Positions 1 to 13,600 of a DNA stretch of 59,360 bases are shown here, in pieces. The DNA is taken from assembly GCA_000934665.2 (NCBI GenBank), contig KZ538115.1, positions 62,001-121,360 on the forward strand, in the 5' to 3' direction. This stretch comes from Catajapyx aquilonaris. Lineage: Eukaryota. A program made the translations under genes and the position numbers. The notes under the pieces are model-generated. The model saw only the letters and a list, made by a program, of their open reading frames with translations. It was not told where the DNA came from and did no database searches. Positions within the stretch are counted from its first letter, which is position 1. Each line of letters begins with the position of its first letter.

Positions 1-3000
1 ATACAACACTCTTATCGCTGGTGTGATTATTTAGATAATATTTGACAGTATTTTTTGACATGACATAAAGTCATCCTGAACAACAAAAGCAACCTTGTCT
101 TATCTACAGTCAGGGGTAAAGTCATGTAATATTGATCACACAAGTACAATTTATTGAAACTCTGTGTTTGGTACGAGAGAAATGTATTGCCAATAATTTT
201 TGGAGCCTTGAAAGCTTCATACCCACCCGCTGGCCCCATCATAACAACCGAGTTGCATTGACAAAGGGTGTTCTAAATTGTGAATGGTAGGAATTTATCG
301 CTCGCATGATGTTATTCATTGCGAAGCAGAAATTATGACGTTTGCATGTTAGCTCTTTGTGTTGGCACATTTCATTAGCCCTGCGCAAAATTAGAGTATC
401 ATCAGCCCTAGGGGGGGCTGGATTAGAAGTTTAAATTATTGCACAGACACGTACTGTATACACATTTTATTCGTGTGAACACCTTTGTGATATTTATTGG
501 CAAAATGAACCGACCTTTTTCCTGTAATTTTATGCACTGTAATAATGAGCAATATTTTGCTTGTTTGACACAGTTTTTTTTCACGCCCATATATACCATT
601 TTGTACCTGTAATTTCCTGCAAAAAAGAAAGTTGGTCGGACTGGCACAAAAATGCAACACGGACGACTTTATGTCCCACTGTTTGTCTTTCGAATGGGGC
701 CATTTTGAGTCGGTTCCAAGCCGACCTCGGAAGAGACCATTGCCCTACAGCTAACTCATGAAAGATTACCTTCTTTCAGATAAGGTCGTGTGTGGGTGTG
801 TGGTCCTAAAAAAGGTGACGGATTTTTTTCTTCTCTCTGTATATATTGCAACCCTACTAAACCGGAGTTTCTGGCAGTCGGCAGCCTTTTCGTACAAGAC
901 TGAATTTTACGTCTTTTATTTCCACGGATCGCCTCATGGATTGCCGGATTTCACTTTTTTACAACCCAGGTTTTACGGGTAGTGGAACGTGTCTGGTGCC
1001 AGTCTAATCCGGATTTTCTTTCCTCGTATTTTTTTTTTACAACACCACTGCTACCGAACCAGAGTTCTGGACTTAAATAAGAGTCGAACTTCTCGCAAAA
1101 AGAGTGGTGTATGACACGCTTATTAAATATGCAATATATTTGACATTCAGACAGCTATGGCTCCGGGAAACTTCGTAATATGCGCCTAAATTATTTGGAG
1201 AGAAACGTGAAGGATTCGGAAGATCTTTACTACGCGACGAAGTCGGTGGAGGCGCGTCCGAATGGCAAAGCCACAATAGCGTTTGTTGGCCTGCGGCGCC
1301 ACAAAACGTACAGTACACTGAGTACAGTACAAAACTGTATCAGTACAAATCCAAATTCTGCTTTATCTTCACCATTTTTTTTTTGCAAGCTGTCCAACTG
1401 CAAACTAATTTTTTGGCATAATTTTAACCCCAGGGTTGTCAATGCTTTCCCATCAAGCCTTCGCACCTCTGCGTCCAAACGTAATTTAATGAAAGGTGGG
1501 CTTAACTTCTCATTGATCCCCTGGACTTGCTGTAGCTTCAACTGCGACAAAAACGGTGTATCTCCCGCCATATCACAAAGATTTTTTTTTCTGCCCGTAT
1601 CCTCTACCCCCCTGGCGACTAACGATGCAAAAGGATGACGGAACAAAGTCCCCCGGATCGTGGCCCCCACGTCACCGTTGACCTGTTTATAGTTAATTTT
1701 GGGATCATGCTTTACAAACTCGGGGCATATGAGCCGGAGGATTTACAGTGCAAGTATTAAGCTCGCTTGGGAAGTTGACAGGGAACTGGGGGGTGGATGG
1801 GGGTTCTGTTCAATTAAGCCGGTAGCCCCGGATGTGTAAATAAAGTGCAATCAACCCCCGGATACACTACCTGTTGGTGGCGAGGGGATTATGATTATCC
1901 TGGCATTTTCGGAGGGAGCGCACACCCAAAAAAAGGGGGGGGGGGGGTTAAGACTTGGACCTACAACGGAATTTACAACGACGAGGGACTTGCATGATGT
2001 GAAGGGTTGGGAAATCGTTACATGACTGGCATTATAATGTTACAGGATGTCATGGTAAGCATAATAACCACTGGTTTCAAAACCCTGAGCATATTTTTTT
2101 GTTCCCATTTCCAGACATGGCACCATTTGTAATATCTTGCTTCCAAAGCTATTTTGATGTCCTCCTATGTATATACGCTTAATGATTGACCCGGAATGTC
2201 GCACTGGCATTTTTAAAAAATAACTAAAAGTACACTCACCCCTAGCAACTGCGCGCTGAAACCTTTCCAGAGTCTCATTCCTGGACATTCTTGGCACCAC
2301 TCAAAAAATTTATATATCCTTTTTTATTATTCACTCGTCTCACTCACTCACTCACAAAACTTTTTCCTTTGGGTTGAATATTATGACTGGCACAAGCACG
2401 TGTCGAGCACACAACTGCAAAAGGTGCAACACCCCTTGTGATTTTCTTCCCCCCATGTTGTTTTCTGAGTTTGCCAAAGCAGCGCTGGAAATACCAAACA
2501 TCTTCCAGCAAGAGAAGGAATTCTGCTTGAAAATAAGACGCGACCTACTTGATTTTTTTTAAACGTAAAAAAGTGAAAGGCAAAAGGGAGGGTTTGGCAT
2601 GATTGAAATTACTATGAAAATCTTATCGTCGCCTTTTTGGAGAGAAACATTCCTCCGCCCGATGCGTTACGGGCCACATTATCTGAAACCTGCCCAAAAT
2701 ACACCCGCCTTCCCTCAAACCGCAATTTCCTAATGACTTTTGACAAGAAAATGTGCGGGAGAATAAAAAAAAAGTGTCTCCTTATTGAGTCCGCATTTAT
2801 TATGTGTTTTTTTTTCTTCAGCAAGTCTTGCGGACTGCGATTTCTTTTTTTTGCTCCGGTTATTTTAATGCTCCAGGTTCCTGGAGATATAATGGCCCGT
2901 TCTGGCTCCCATAAATGATAGTTTCTCGTAAAAAGTGAGGAAATGGAAGCTACGTGCAGCTGATGAAAAGCACCTCGGAGGAGTTGGAGAAAAAAAAAAT

Positions 3001-4795
3001 ACATATATAAAAAAAGACTCTGAGGTGAACCCTCCCAACACTTTCAGGTTGGATAAAAAAATATATATAAAATTTCATATCGTGGTCTGTATATTCCTCG
3101 CTTCGACATGATGTGCAGTTATCTCAACCCCTTATATTATTGGCATTCATTGGGTGTATACTGTACGTGAGAAAAAGTTTCGGGCTTATTTCCACGACTT
3201 TTTCCGCGGGGTTTACGCGTCCGGATGTCAAACACTGCCAGGTCCAGAATAGATTTAGCTCCTATATTTTCCGCTCTTGTTTCAGTGCCAATCATTGTGG
3301 AAAACGGCTCGTGCGAGTTGAATTTTTATGTGGTGGGGGGGGGGGGAGAAAAAAAATTTGTGCTGGTGAGAATTAGCGTAATTGGGTATGCAGGTCAGCA
3401 GTTTGATTCTGACTGGCGCTAGTTGATGTGAAAATAGGGGAGGACTGGGAGATAAAGAATGACCTCGTTTTTTTCCAGAAAAAATGGCAAAAAAAGCTGA
3501 GCTCATCCTTGCTTTCCAGCTAATTTCTTAGCAAGACTTTTTTAATTTCTATTCGCGTCTCTCAAGGACTAAAAATCTGGCCCGTCTTTACGGAGCGCTT
3601 GATAATAAATAATTAGTACGTAGTTTATTAAGCACGTTCAGTCTGCAAGGCTATGTTGTTTTTTTAATCTGTTAATGTGCATGACAAGGTCATATGTCCT
3701 ACATTTTCTACTTAAGAGTAATTAGGTCTGTACTTTCACAATCATACAGACAGAAAAATATTGGGCATATTCATACATCATACTACAGTAGTTGTTAGGC
3801 TATTACAGTATAGTGTATGAATTCAATTTAAGGAAAAATTTATGTATATGTTTTGTGCAGGTTTCGTGGATTTAATCGACTAGAAGTAACTACTCAAAAT
3901 TAATACATAATAATGAAATGTTCGTGGCAAAAAATAAAACAATTATGTGGAAACTTTATCATATGATGTGTTTATCATTGCGATCATGTCATACAACTTG
4001 TGGAATTTGTTTGATTTTCAACTTTTCAATCTGGATAATGCAGATATCTTTGTAGCTATCATAGGTCTTTTACCTAATTGCAATCCGATTGTCTGTCTGC
4101 TCATTGTATGCGTGTAAATATTCCCCATTTAATGGACCACGGCTCCAATTTGGGTACGCATTAAAAAAAGCATCCACCCCACCTCCATTTTTTTCCGCCA
4201 GTTAGTAATTACTTTCGGCTCATTTGTCAGAATCGATTTGAAGAGCGGCTTTTCTCCGCGTTTTTGGAACTATTGAAAAGTTGGGTTTTCTGGCAGTCAG
4301 AAAAGCGAAGCAGGGGCCAAAAAGTTAGCAGCAGTTGCGGCCTCCCTCAAAATTACCATTTTTCAAGCGAACGGTAATTACACCCCGTGTAACTGATCCC
4401 CAGGAATCTCCTTTACAATTCGACTATTTACCCCCAGCCATCGTCAGTATCTTTCTCTAATGGACTCTGGCACCTTTAGGCAAGTTGCTCCGGTGCGAAA
4501 GTCGAGCTTGTTTGGGAGAGAAGAAGTAGAGGAGGGGGAAGCCTGAGGAGAAGTGGCTGTGCGAGGGGTTGGTTCCCACTAAGAAGAGCCTCTCAACGTA
4601 AAGCCTAGGAGAGCCCCCTGACGACGACGGAGTGCGATAAAGAGTGGTTGATGGCCGAAAGCAAAAGCAAGAGCCTCTTGCCCCCTTCCTACTAGGCAGT
4701 GGCCGCTCCAGATAACCTGCTTACAGAAATCACGTACTGTGCACCTTTCCAGCCAAAAGAGCAAGGGAAAGTCGAAGCCTGGAACATTTCTCATT

Positions 4796-4860
4796 CTTGA
4801 CATATGGCACAGTGACCAGGGCTGAAAATTTCAACCCTGGTCACTGTGCCATTTGTCAAG
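4796..4860. repeat. 65-bp near-perfect palindrome
   Basis: Left arm CTTGACATATGGCACAGTGACCAGGGCTGAAA (4796-4827) is the reverse complement of 4829-4860 with 2 mismatches, around a 1-nt centre at 4828. Confidence 0.95.
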
Positions 4861-4918
4861 TGCTGAACATTAATGGCGTCGTATTGGTGGCGCTACGAGC
4901 CATGGCGGGTAAAGAGTG

Positions 4919-4995
4919 AATCACAACCGACTGCGCACCCACATTCGCGCAGCTCCATTGTGCTGCGTGAACTGTGGTGCGCACTTGGTTCGATT
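4919..4995. mobile_element. Small fold-back (MITE-like) element
   Basis: AACCGACTGCGCACCCACATTCGCGCAGC pairs imperfectly with GCTGCGTGAACTGTGGTGCGCACTTGGTT. The left end (4922-4943) recurs at 56672-56693 with 21/22 identity. Confidence 0.65.
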
Positions 4996-7900
4996 AGTTT
5001 TTTTAGGTCACAATATTGAGAACATGCCTATTTCTTTGAGAAGTTAGGATGTGCGGGCACTGTAAAAAATGAGTTCTAGCAATTTCATGCTTCAGAAAAG
5101 TCTGGTCTATTTCCCCTACTAGTAATAATGTGACTTAACGGCCTGATATTGCCCAAAATTTCTGGTGCCGGCCATAAAAAGGTGCGAATGGAGGACTTGC
5201 CCTTCCTCGAAGGTCAGGGAGTCCAAAAAGCTTGATCGGTTGGTGTATGATTAAAGCTCGGGGGCTAAATTACAGCTCTCTAATGTTTAATCGTGCGGAA
5301 CCATCACTGCTTCAATCAATCACGGGACAGGGGGGCTGTTAATTCTTCAAAATTATGCCATCACGCACGTTAGACCGTTGACACGTAGTTGTGTACGTTT
5401 ATCTCTTCACAACACCTCCGTCATCGGACGGATTAATCAACGACGGGCCAGCTATTTTAACACCAGGGGTTATCTTTCGCTGGCGACACTGACAGAATGG
5501 ACCAAGTGAGATATATCGTCCAAGTTTTGAGTGACAGCGAGGATCCAGCTTTTTCTCTCATCCTCTTTTTTTGGGGGAGGCAGGATGGGGAACAACCCCC
5601 CCCCCCTCTGGTCCCATCCCGCATGGTGTTGGGCCCAAAAATGTGTGACTAACGAGATTAAGTGAGATTCGAACCCTAACCGAATTCTCTCAGTCAGTTT
5701 GAGTGGCTCCAGAGAAATCCCAGAAATGAAATATCGGGAGGTGCTGACACGCTGATGGCCCCTAGCACCCGAGGTTTTTCGAATATTTCAACACAGATTT
5801 TTGTAGTTTAAAAAAATGTCCCACTGAACCCAGCAGGTCAAGAGTCAAGTTGTTCACTCCACCAACTTTTGAAGAAAAAAAAGGAACTTGTGTGGACTTT
5901 ACATCCACTGTATAATGGTAATGTCTCGTAAATTCACAGAATTGGCTGTGGTGTAAATTCGCGGATTTTTACAGCTCTGCAAACTACAGTTTTTTTTGTT
6001 GCGAATAACCTTTTTCCATCCCACCATGGGGTTGATGTAGGTCATTGGCGACTCCGTGTTTTCACATTCTGAATGCACAGCAAGCGGCCGTTAATAATAG
6101 ACGACACATGATCGGCTTCGTTTGTTATGTAGCATAAAGTGATAAACCTATTATTGCTTTTTATTTTTCGGTGAAAGCCCGGTAAAACGAAGCATGCTCG
6201 GAGCCAATACAATCGCAATGAGGGGCGTTAAATGTAGCATGTAGTTTCCCCTGCTAACCTGCAATATACAGGGCTAATAGGATAGTAATTTTGGGCTTGG
6301 TTTTTGCGGGGAGGGCACAAAAGGGAGGGGGGGGGAGGGAAGCGAATTGTAACTTACAATAAAACCATAGTGGGGGATGAGAGGGTGAAAGCTGATTGTT
6401 TTTTCATTTTAGAGCTGTACAACTGTTATCCGTCTGTGAGAGACATTGCCCGACATGATGTACAGCAGCGGAAAAAAATTACTGGAGTTAATCTGCGGGG
6501 CGTGCTGCTAAAGTGTTGGTTGAAGTTTAAAAAAAAAATGTTTTCCAGACTTAATTAAAATGTGTGTAGCATAGATCAGGATAGTGCGGGGCATGGAAAA
6601 TGGGTCCGGGGGTTTCATAAAGAGGATATATGACGAAACAAAATTATAATTCCGGGTGTCCGGTATTTACTGACGCGCATTAATTTTGGAGTTGGTCCCA
6701 AACCGACTCTGTTAAATGATTTGCTGCTGCGAATTTTATGTGCAAAGTGCTGCATGTTACATTGTTAAAAAGAGGGGTGGGTGCGGGAGGAAGGGGGTTG
6801 TTATCCGCATATTTAGGGGGGGGGGGGGTCATGGCCGGTTTTCAGCTAGTGCGGGAATTAAATCAAGTTCTAGGAACCAGATGGCAACATTAACAACACT
6901 AGTTAAAGAGTGTTTGGATTTGAAAGTGAAATATGATCACATCTGGTTTGAATATGAACAAACTTTTGAGCGCGGAGTTATATTTTACAGATTTGCTGAT
7001 TAGCAAGTGCTGATCCTGGACTAGCGCGATATTATAATTTTGCAACACATGTGACAGATATGTTTCGCGAATTTTAAGGACAAAGCAGGTTCCACGCCGT
7101 TTTGTAGCCTACCAGCTGCTACAAAATGCTGGCTCAGCAGCTCCATTTTTGCGAAACTCTGAGCTGCATTAAAATGATCACATTAGGTCCATCTTGTCTA
7201 CTGTGCCCTGCAGTTACTTCATCCTGCATATTTTTTTCAGTAATAATCTTTCGACAATTTTTTTTGCAATTTCACCCTCCTGCTAATGTACCATATTGCG
7301 AATATAGTAGTTATTAGTCAACCCTTGCACTTCATTCCCCCTTCAATCCCTACCACAACGGTATAAATAGGGTAATAAGTTATTTCATAGTGTTTAAATT
7401 TTTCTGGCTAACACCTGTGGTTGAAACTTGGCGGCTGCATAATTGCACGTTTGCGTAACAGACCCTGATGTTATTTCAAGAAGGCAAAGCATACATTATG
7501 AACCCGAGGTACACTCTGCCAGTCTGTCATTGCATACCAAAGGAGCGGTCATAAACTAATAATTGCGGACTTAGGCAAAGGGGGCGAGGACAGGTGCCTG
7601 AACCGACGCAGAAAGGAAGCGTCCAATTTGCGTCGCCGAAAGGGACGCGACTCTCGACACCCGAGTTTCCAACCCTCTGTTTTCATGAATATACCTCTAA
7701 AATAAGCATGTACCCACCTGTTCGGCTGAATTACGTCATGAACATTGTCCAAATTCCAAGAGGAGAAAAATATTGTTCACTCCAACAACCACTCTTAAAA
7801 TAAAGCAATAATTACATCTGACTAACTGCAAGAGAAAATCTGGCACATTATTTTTTTTTCAAAGAAAAATTATATATATACGTACACACATATAAAAAAC

Positions 7901-10517
7901 GTAGTTTTGGAAGCCGTTTCACGTCCGGTTGAGTAATTTCTCCCAAGCGGCCTACTTAGTACTTCAGGCTATCTCGTGTAGTAGCGAACTTTTACAATTA
8001 TTTTCCAGACTTGTAAACGTTACGATGGGAAAGAGGAAGGTTTTTAAAAAGTTGTCTGCCCAAATTTACCGCTTTGTCCAACAAAAACTTCTCAACCTGC
8101 CAGAGCATGTAACCCATTCCGGAATAAATCACTGCCCACCTTAACTTCGCAAAAAAAAAAACAACATCTATTGAGCCGTGAAATTTCAACGAACAAGCAA
8201 CAATAGATGGATCGATAGATAGTTGCTCTTCAGGGTGAATTTTTTTTTTGCGATGATCTTTTTTCTGCAAGGCTTGTATTTTCTCTCGTATACCTCTTCA
8301 CCCGGGGTATGATCGCATGTAAAGACGACCGAAAAATGTTGAAGGGGTTGGAAATTTGGGCTCATTCTTGTCACTTTCTCATGCCTCATGCTTTTCCACC
8401 CAAATTGCTGAAAAATAGGAGATGCAGCTTTTCATGGGGCGTAATATCACGCTATGTTCTCATTTTCCTGGATCTTTTTTTCTCTCTTTTCCTCCTCCTT
8501 CTTAGCGCGAACCATTTTACAAGCAGCGCATATTTTGTGCCTCGGCTCCGGAAAAAAAAAACCACCCTGATTTTTAGACCAAGGAAGGCGATCCATGGAA
8601 GGGGAAAAAAAGGGAGAGGCCAAATGGGTATGTAGCACGCGAATGGGAGATTTTTTTCTCATTCTTCCTTTTTTTTACCTTCGAGAGACCCTGATTACAT
8701 GAAAAATATTGGTGAAATTAAGAGTCTGTTCTGAGATGGAAGATGAAATTGCTTCGAGAGACGAGATTGATAACTGTTGCAGCAGGGGGTAATATCTCAA
8801 GATTTGTATGAGATAGTTTGCTACCTTAATAGATTTTTTCGTGACATATTAGACCACTCAGCCATGATGCGATTGCTGCATTTTGTTGCCTGCCACATTA
8901 TTTTAGATTAAATTCATCGGCGATTTTTTTACGGTCGTGTTTGAGGCCCTTTTTTGGGGGGGCCTTGTCCACTCTTGCCAAAAAATTTAGCATTTTTTTT
9001 TGCCGCCCTCCTTTTCTCCGCCCAATTCCCTTTGGCATGGAATCTTGATATCGACATTCAAAACCGTGGAACAAAGTCTTGTAGTTGTTCCTTAGGCCTC
9101 TCCTTTCATATCAAAACCTCCCTCCTCCCTTTTGAAAAGGATTCACAATCAATATGTTGGCAGTCTCAGAGAGAGAGAAGACCGGGCATTGTATGAAAAG
9201 GGATGCTGTGGTGGTGGCTGGATATAGAAAAAAGGAAGGCTGCTTTTAGAAACAAAGTGAACACGAGAGAAGCGCCACAAGAGAGAGCTTCTGGGCTTCT
9301 CCAAAATTTATTAAATTCCTAAGCCCTTAAGGCAAATATGGGGGATAGAGGATGGGGGGAGAAATAGATAGAAGTAATTGGGCTTGGAGGTTTGGTAGGA
9401 GGATAGAATAGAAGGTGCCAAAAAGTAGTCCAACCGCTGCTGTTTGGTGGGGTCTCTTATCGGGCCGGACCAGTAATTGGACTATTTCTCTTCTGAACAC
9501 CCAGCTCGTGTCTAATGAGTTTGTTGTAAACATTGTTGCTGGTGAAACAGGTGGTGTCGGTCTGCTTTTTTTTGTCAGCTTCCAAATGGTGCAAAATTTG
9601 CTGGCATCATAATGGTTCTTTTGACAATTAATATATTCAGAGTAAACACCGGGTTTTACACATGTAAGTATGTGTAGTCCCCCCCACTTTAATATAATAA
9701 TTCCACCCATATTATGGCTCGCTAATTAGTGTACATACTGATAATCCACAATTAAATTAATCATTAAAATGGTTTTACTGGCTGCACACCTTGTTGCTGT
9801 GGCAGTCTGTGGGAATAATAATTATGGTTAAGAGTATTGCAATTTGAAAACTGTCAAAATATTATTTCACGCAAGATTTTATTGCACAGCTGCTGCTGTT
9901 ATTATTATTAAAATATCTGATACTGTGCTTTTAGTGAAATTGCGCTCGTGGTTTTACATACGCGTATATTGCTTTCTTTGTATGTACAAGTCGTAGTGTA
10001 AAATACACAAACAGTATGCCACCATTGCTCTCAACCCACACTATACAGAGGTTAATCTTCTCTCTCCAGCCCTGTAGGCTTACTGATGCCATAACATATA
10101 CTGTACAAATCTAACTTTCATGATTCAAAAAATAAAAAATAAAGAGTCAAGTACTAGAAGTGGATGATATTGTAACCTACTCTGGAGTTGTTCTTTGGCC
10201 ATGTAGCTTTGAGCACGCTTCAACGTACACAGAGAATAACAGAGCAAGATAAACCGCCAGAAGCTTGAAATTCTAAGTCAGCCTCCGTTATATTCCAGCA
10301 TAATTGTTTTTGGATATACGTTATGAATGTAGCTATTTATATATGTGCAGATTAGTTAATAGGAACTGAATTGGCAATTTTAATGATGCTTCGTTGTCGG
10401 CTTCAGAATTTTTTTTTACTATTATTTTTTATGAATGACCATTTTGTTGTCTTACCAAAGTTGCTGGAAGATAATATCCATAATATTAAAATCCTTCGCT
10501 GTATGACCGAGGTTTCT

Positions 10518-10603
10518 GATTGGGCCGCCGTATATTGTTTGAGTGACGCTTCCCATTGGCCTCCGTTCTGCGCCTGCGCAATGGGAGGTAGCGCCTCTGG
10601 TGG
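10518..10603. promoter_or_regulatory. Cluster of promoter-type motifs (2 inverted CCAAT boxes, CRE half-site, NRF1/EWG-like site, CTCF-like motif)
   Basis: GATTGG 10518-10523, TGACG 10544-10548, CATTGG 10554-10559, TGCGCCTGCGCA 10569-10580 and GCGCCTCTGGTGG 10591-10603 lie in a short GC-rich island after AT-rich DNA. No linked transcript is visible. Confidence 0.3.
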
Positions 10604-13600
10604 ATGGGAGGAGGAACTAATCTGGTTATATCTTGAGTCAACACTTCGCCTTCAGTGTTTTCTAACAACTTTCCCATTTTTGATGCCCTTGCAACCTGAG
10701 ACGCCAGCAAGTACTCCCCATGCTTTTCAAACTTGCAAAACGCCCTGCTTGCATGTCCTCCAACCCAAGGAATATGATCTGCCCTATACTCCTCAGGCTT
10801 CCTGAGAATGAAAATCCGCTGTGGGTGGGCCAAGTGCGTAAAAATGTCTAGCAAGACAACCGATTATAATCACCGCGTGCTACAAATTTCCAGGATCCGT
10901 TTCAATCAGCTTCTCCGCAGGTCTGCTCAAATTGAGAGATCCTATAGAGTGTAGGAAGCTTTTTTTCGACCCTTCGCCCCACACAAAAAACATATTTAAG
11001 GAAGGAGGGGTCCCCCCAGATGATTAGGATGTCCCCCCAGCTGTGATAACGCCCCAGCAGACTCGTAAGTCATCTTGGGGGAGACACTATCTGGGCCTTG
11101 TCTTGCTTGGTGAGAGTTGGAATGTGCCGGGAAGGATCGGGATGGGTTGGGTTTGTAGAGAGAGAGAGAGAAAAAAATAGTATGAAGCCCTGGGCCGCTC
11201 CCGGGATTAGATGGGGCAGCCGGCCCGTCCCTATCTCTTGCACACAAGACTTCTCCTAAGCCACTTATTACATCGCCCACCCCCCCTCCACCCCCCAAAG
11301 GCCCATTCCGCGGAAATAACGAATGGTGCTAATCGCTCATCAGGAGCTGCCGAGTCTTTAATCCCGACGCAATCTAAAGGAAAAATGGGGGGGGAAGGGC
11401 TTTGGCCGATTCTTGTAGAGGCACTCTTTAAATTAGTGCTCTAATCATGCCTTGGGCCTTACAGTCCAGGGAAGTTACATCCTTGAAGGGTAGACGACCC
11501 ATGTCTTCTGGGCAGTTTGTCTAACAGTAAGCTGCTGACAAGAGTTGAACCGCAATGACAGGACATGATGTGTAAGTGGAAGTTAAGCTTTTGGTAATTA
11601 GCCGGATATTTTTTTTCCCAGTTCCTATGGTAGAAAAAACACTCCTAATGTCACTTACAACAATTACATAAATGTTCAACCAGATTAAGATACTCCTTTA
11701 GAATAATATGGACGGAATTATGCAATAATGATTCAACCCACATGATAACAGTTTTGAGAAAAATGGCTTTGAATGTCACATCAATGAAATTAATTTAGTG
11801 TCATTTTCGATCATTTATGGCAGAAGTTTGCAGATTGATTTTAACTGAATGAAATACGATTCTTTTTTGATATTTTTGTGGGTTGACACATTATTGCATA
11901 AAACCATCCCATTAAGGCTTATAAACATTCAGAAAATTTGCCCAGTGCAACAACTATTATCCAGCCAAGACGCAAAAAATGTATGTAGCTTTTTTTTACT
12001 GCTTTGAATATCAATTTTTCGTTGTACTTGATATTCAGCATATTTTAACTCTCCGACATGGTATTATTAAGTAGAGCGAAATTTGTGTTAAAAGACTCCG
12101 GCTTCATCGACGATGCCAAAAGTTAGAACTTGAATCAATAATTACGTCATGGAAGAGGGGGTTGTTACCCTCCTGTGAGTACAGTATTACTTGCTTGCGA
12201 TGCATTTTTATGGCATAAATGGACCTTGTTAAAGATGCTTTATTTCAGCAACCTTGTTTTTGCTTGTTATCTAGGGACCTCGTAATTATAGAACTAGGTC
12301 GTGCTCCGGTGAAGCTATAACGATTTTGAACCGCGTGTACTGTAAATATTTGTGTAATTAATTCACTAAGAGCACAGTTTTATAAGAACCCTTTATACTG
12401 AGTAAATATTACAGTACTGCTCTATAAACAACCTAGTGTCTAATAAGGGATTGCAAAGGTCATATTTGCATTTTGGGTTATAATAACTTTAATGTATAAT
12501 AATTATGTAAATGATTATATTCGCAGAAAATGTACTTTAGCTCCGATGCACAGTATGTTAATACTATTAACTTACTTGCGAAACAAAAGGCTTCAAACTA
12601 TGCAATCAGTTTCTCATTCCTTACAGTAAAGACTGAAGTAATTAAAATTATTGCATTGTTATTAGTACTGTAGCAGTGTATACAGTAGGTAACACCTACA
12701 GTTATTTTTCCGGTTCTCTTCGCCAACGTTGTACTCTTTTTTTTCTCTCTCTCTGGCGGCAATATCAAGTCCTGATGAGACCCAGGTGAGGATTCAGCCA
12801 GAAAACCGAGGACAGCAAAGGTCTCTATGGCCTATACCTCCTCAACCCGCCTCTTTTTGTGTGCCTTACCTCCTTTTCCTCTTCCGCAAAACCCTCTTCA
12901 AGTAACAGTCATTTGAAACAAGAGTAGGATGAAGGCACACAGTGGTTAGAACGTTAGACGACTCCTGGGTCTGCTTCTAAGCTTGGAGGGATCCGGATAC
13001 TAACATTCACACTTGAAGACCTCAGGGAGATTTTTTGCGTGGGGGGGAAAAAAAAGCAAGACTTAATGGAATATGAGTCAACAAGTACGATGGACTGTCA
13101 ATATTTTATAGTGACGGCAAAATATGTGAACCGCAATATCCACGTGTCATATAAAATCAATAGACAATTTTTTTTCTGCTCATTTTTTATTCGGCGGTTG
13201 GGAGACTGGACTGCATCAAAATATCAATGTTTCGATATCAGGAGCTGGGCGTGAGAAAAATATGGTATGTTATATACAAGAGGAACGTCGATTCGTTCAG
13301 AATCATAAATTGTGCTACATAGAATAATTAACTTTTATTTTGGTTGTTTATGAATTCAAATGCAAATGTATAAAAAAATACGAACCAGCTTTTGTTGTTA
13401 GTTTCCAACTAGGAATAACCCCAGAAATTCTTCATTTGAAAACAGTAATTTCAAGGCTGGCTCTCCTTTTGCATATGAGTTAGGCAGTGCGAGAAAAACT
13501 AATTTTACAGTGCAGAGAGCATATTGCACTGCTGGGGCAGAGATGAAGGGGGGGGGGGGCCAGCATGTGGAATTTTAAGTCCCCGTTACGCATGGACGAC

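Noticed and set aside
1903..1916. 14-bp match GCATTTTCGGAGGG to the right end of the 19447-19732 MITE
   Set aside because: Several 14-bp matches are expected by chance within 59 kb, and there is no extended homology.
2040..2445. Possible decayed transposon with a (CTCA)n tract near 2338-2355
   Set aside because: The texture is TE-like, but I could not define TIRs, a TSD or a second copy.
5660..5700. GAGATTCGAACCC (minus-strand Pol III B-box-like motif), possible tRNA/SINE
   Set aside because: No A-box at suitable spacing and no cloverleaf.
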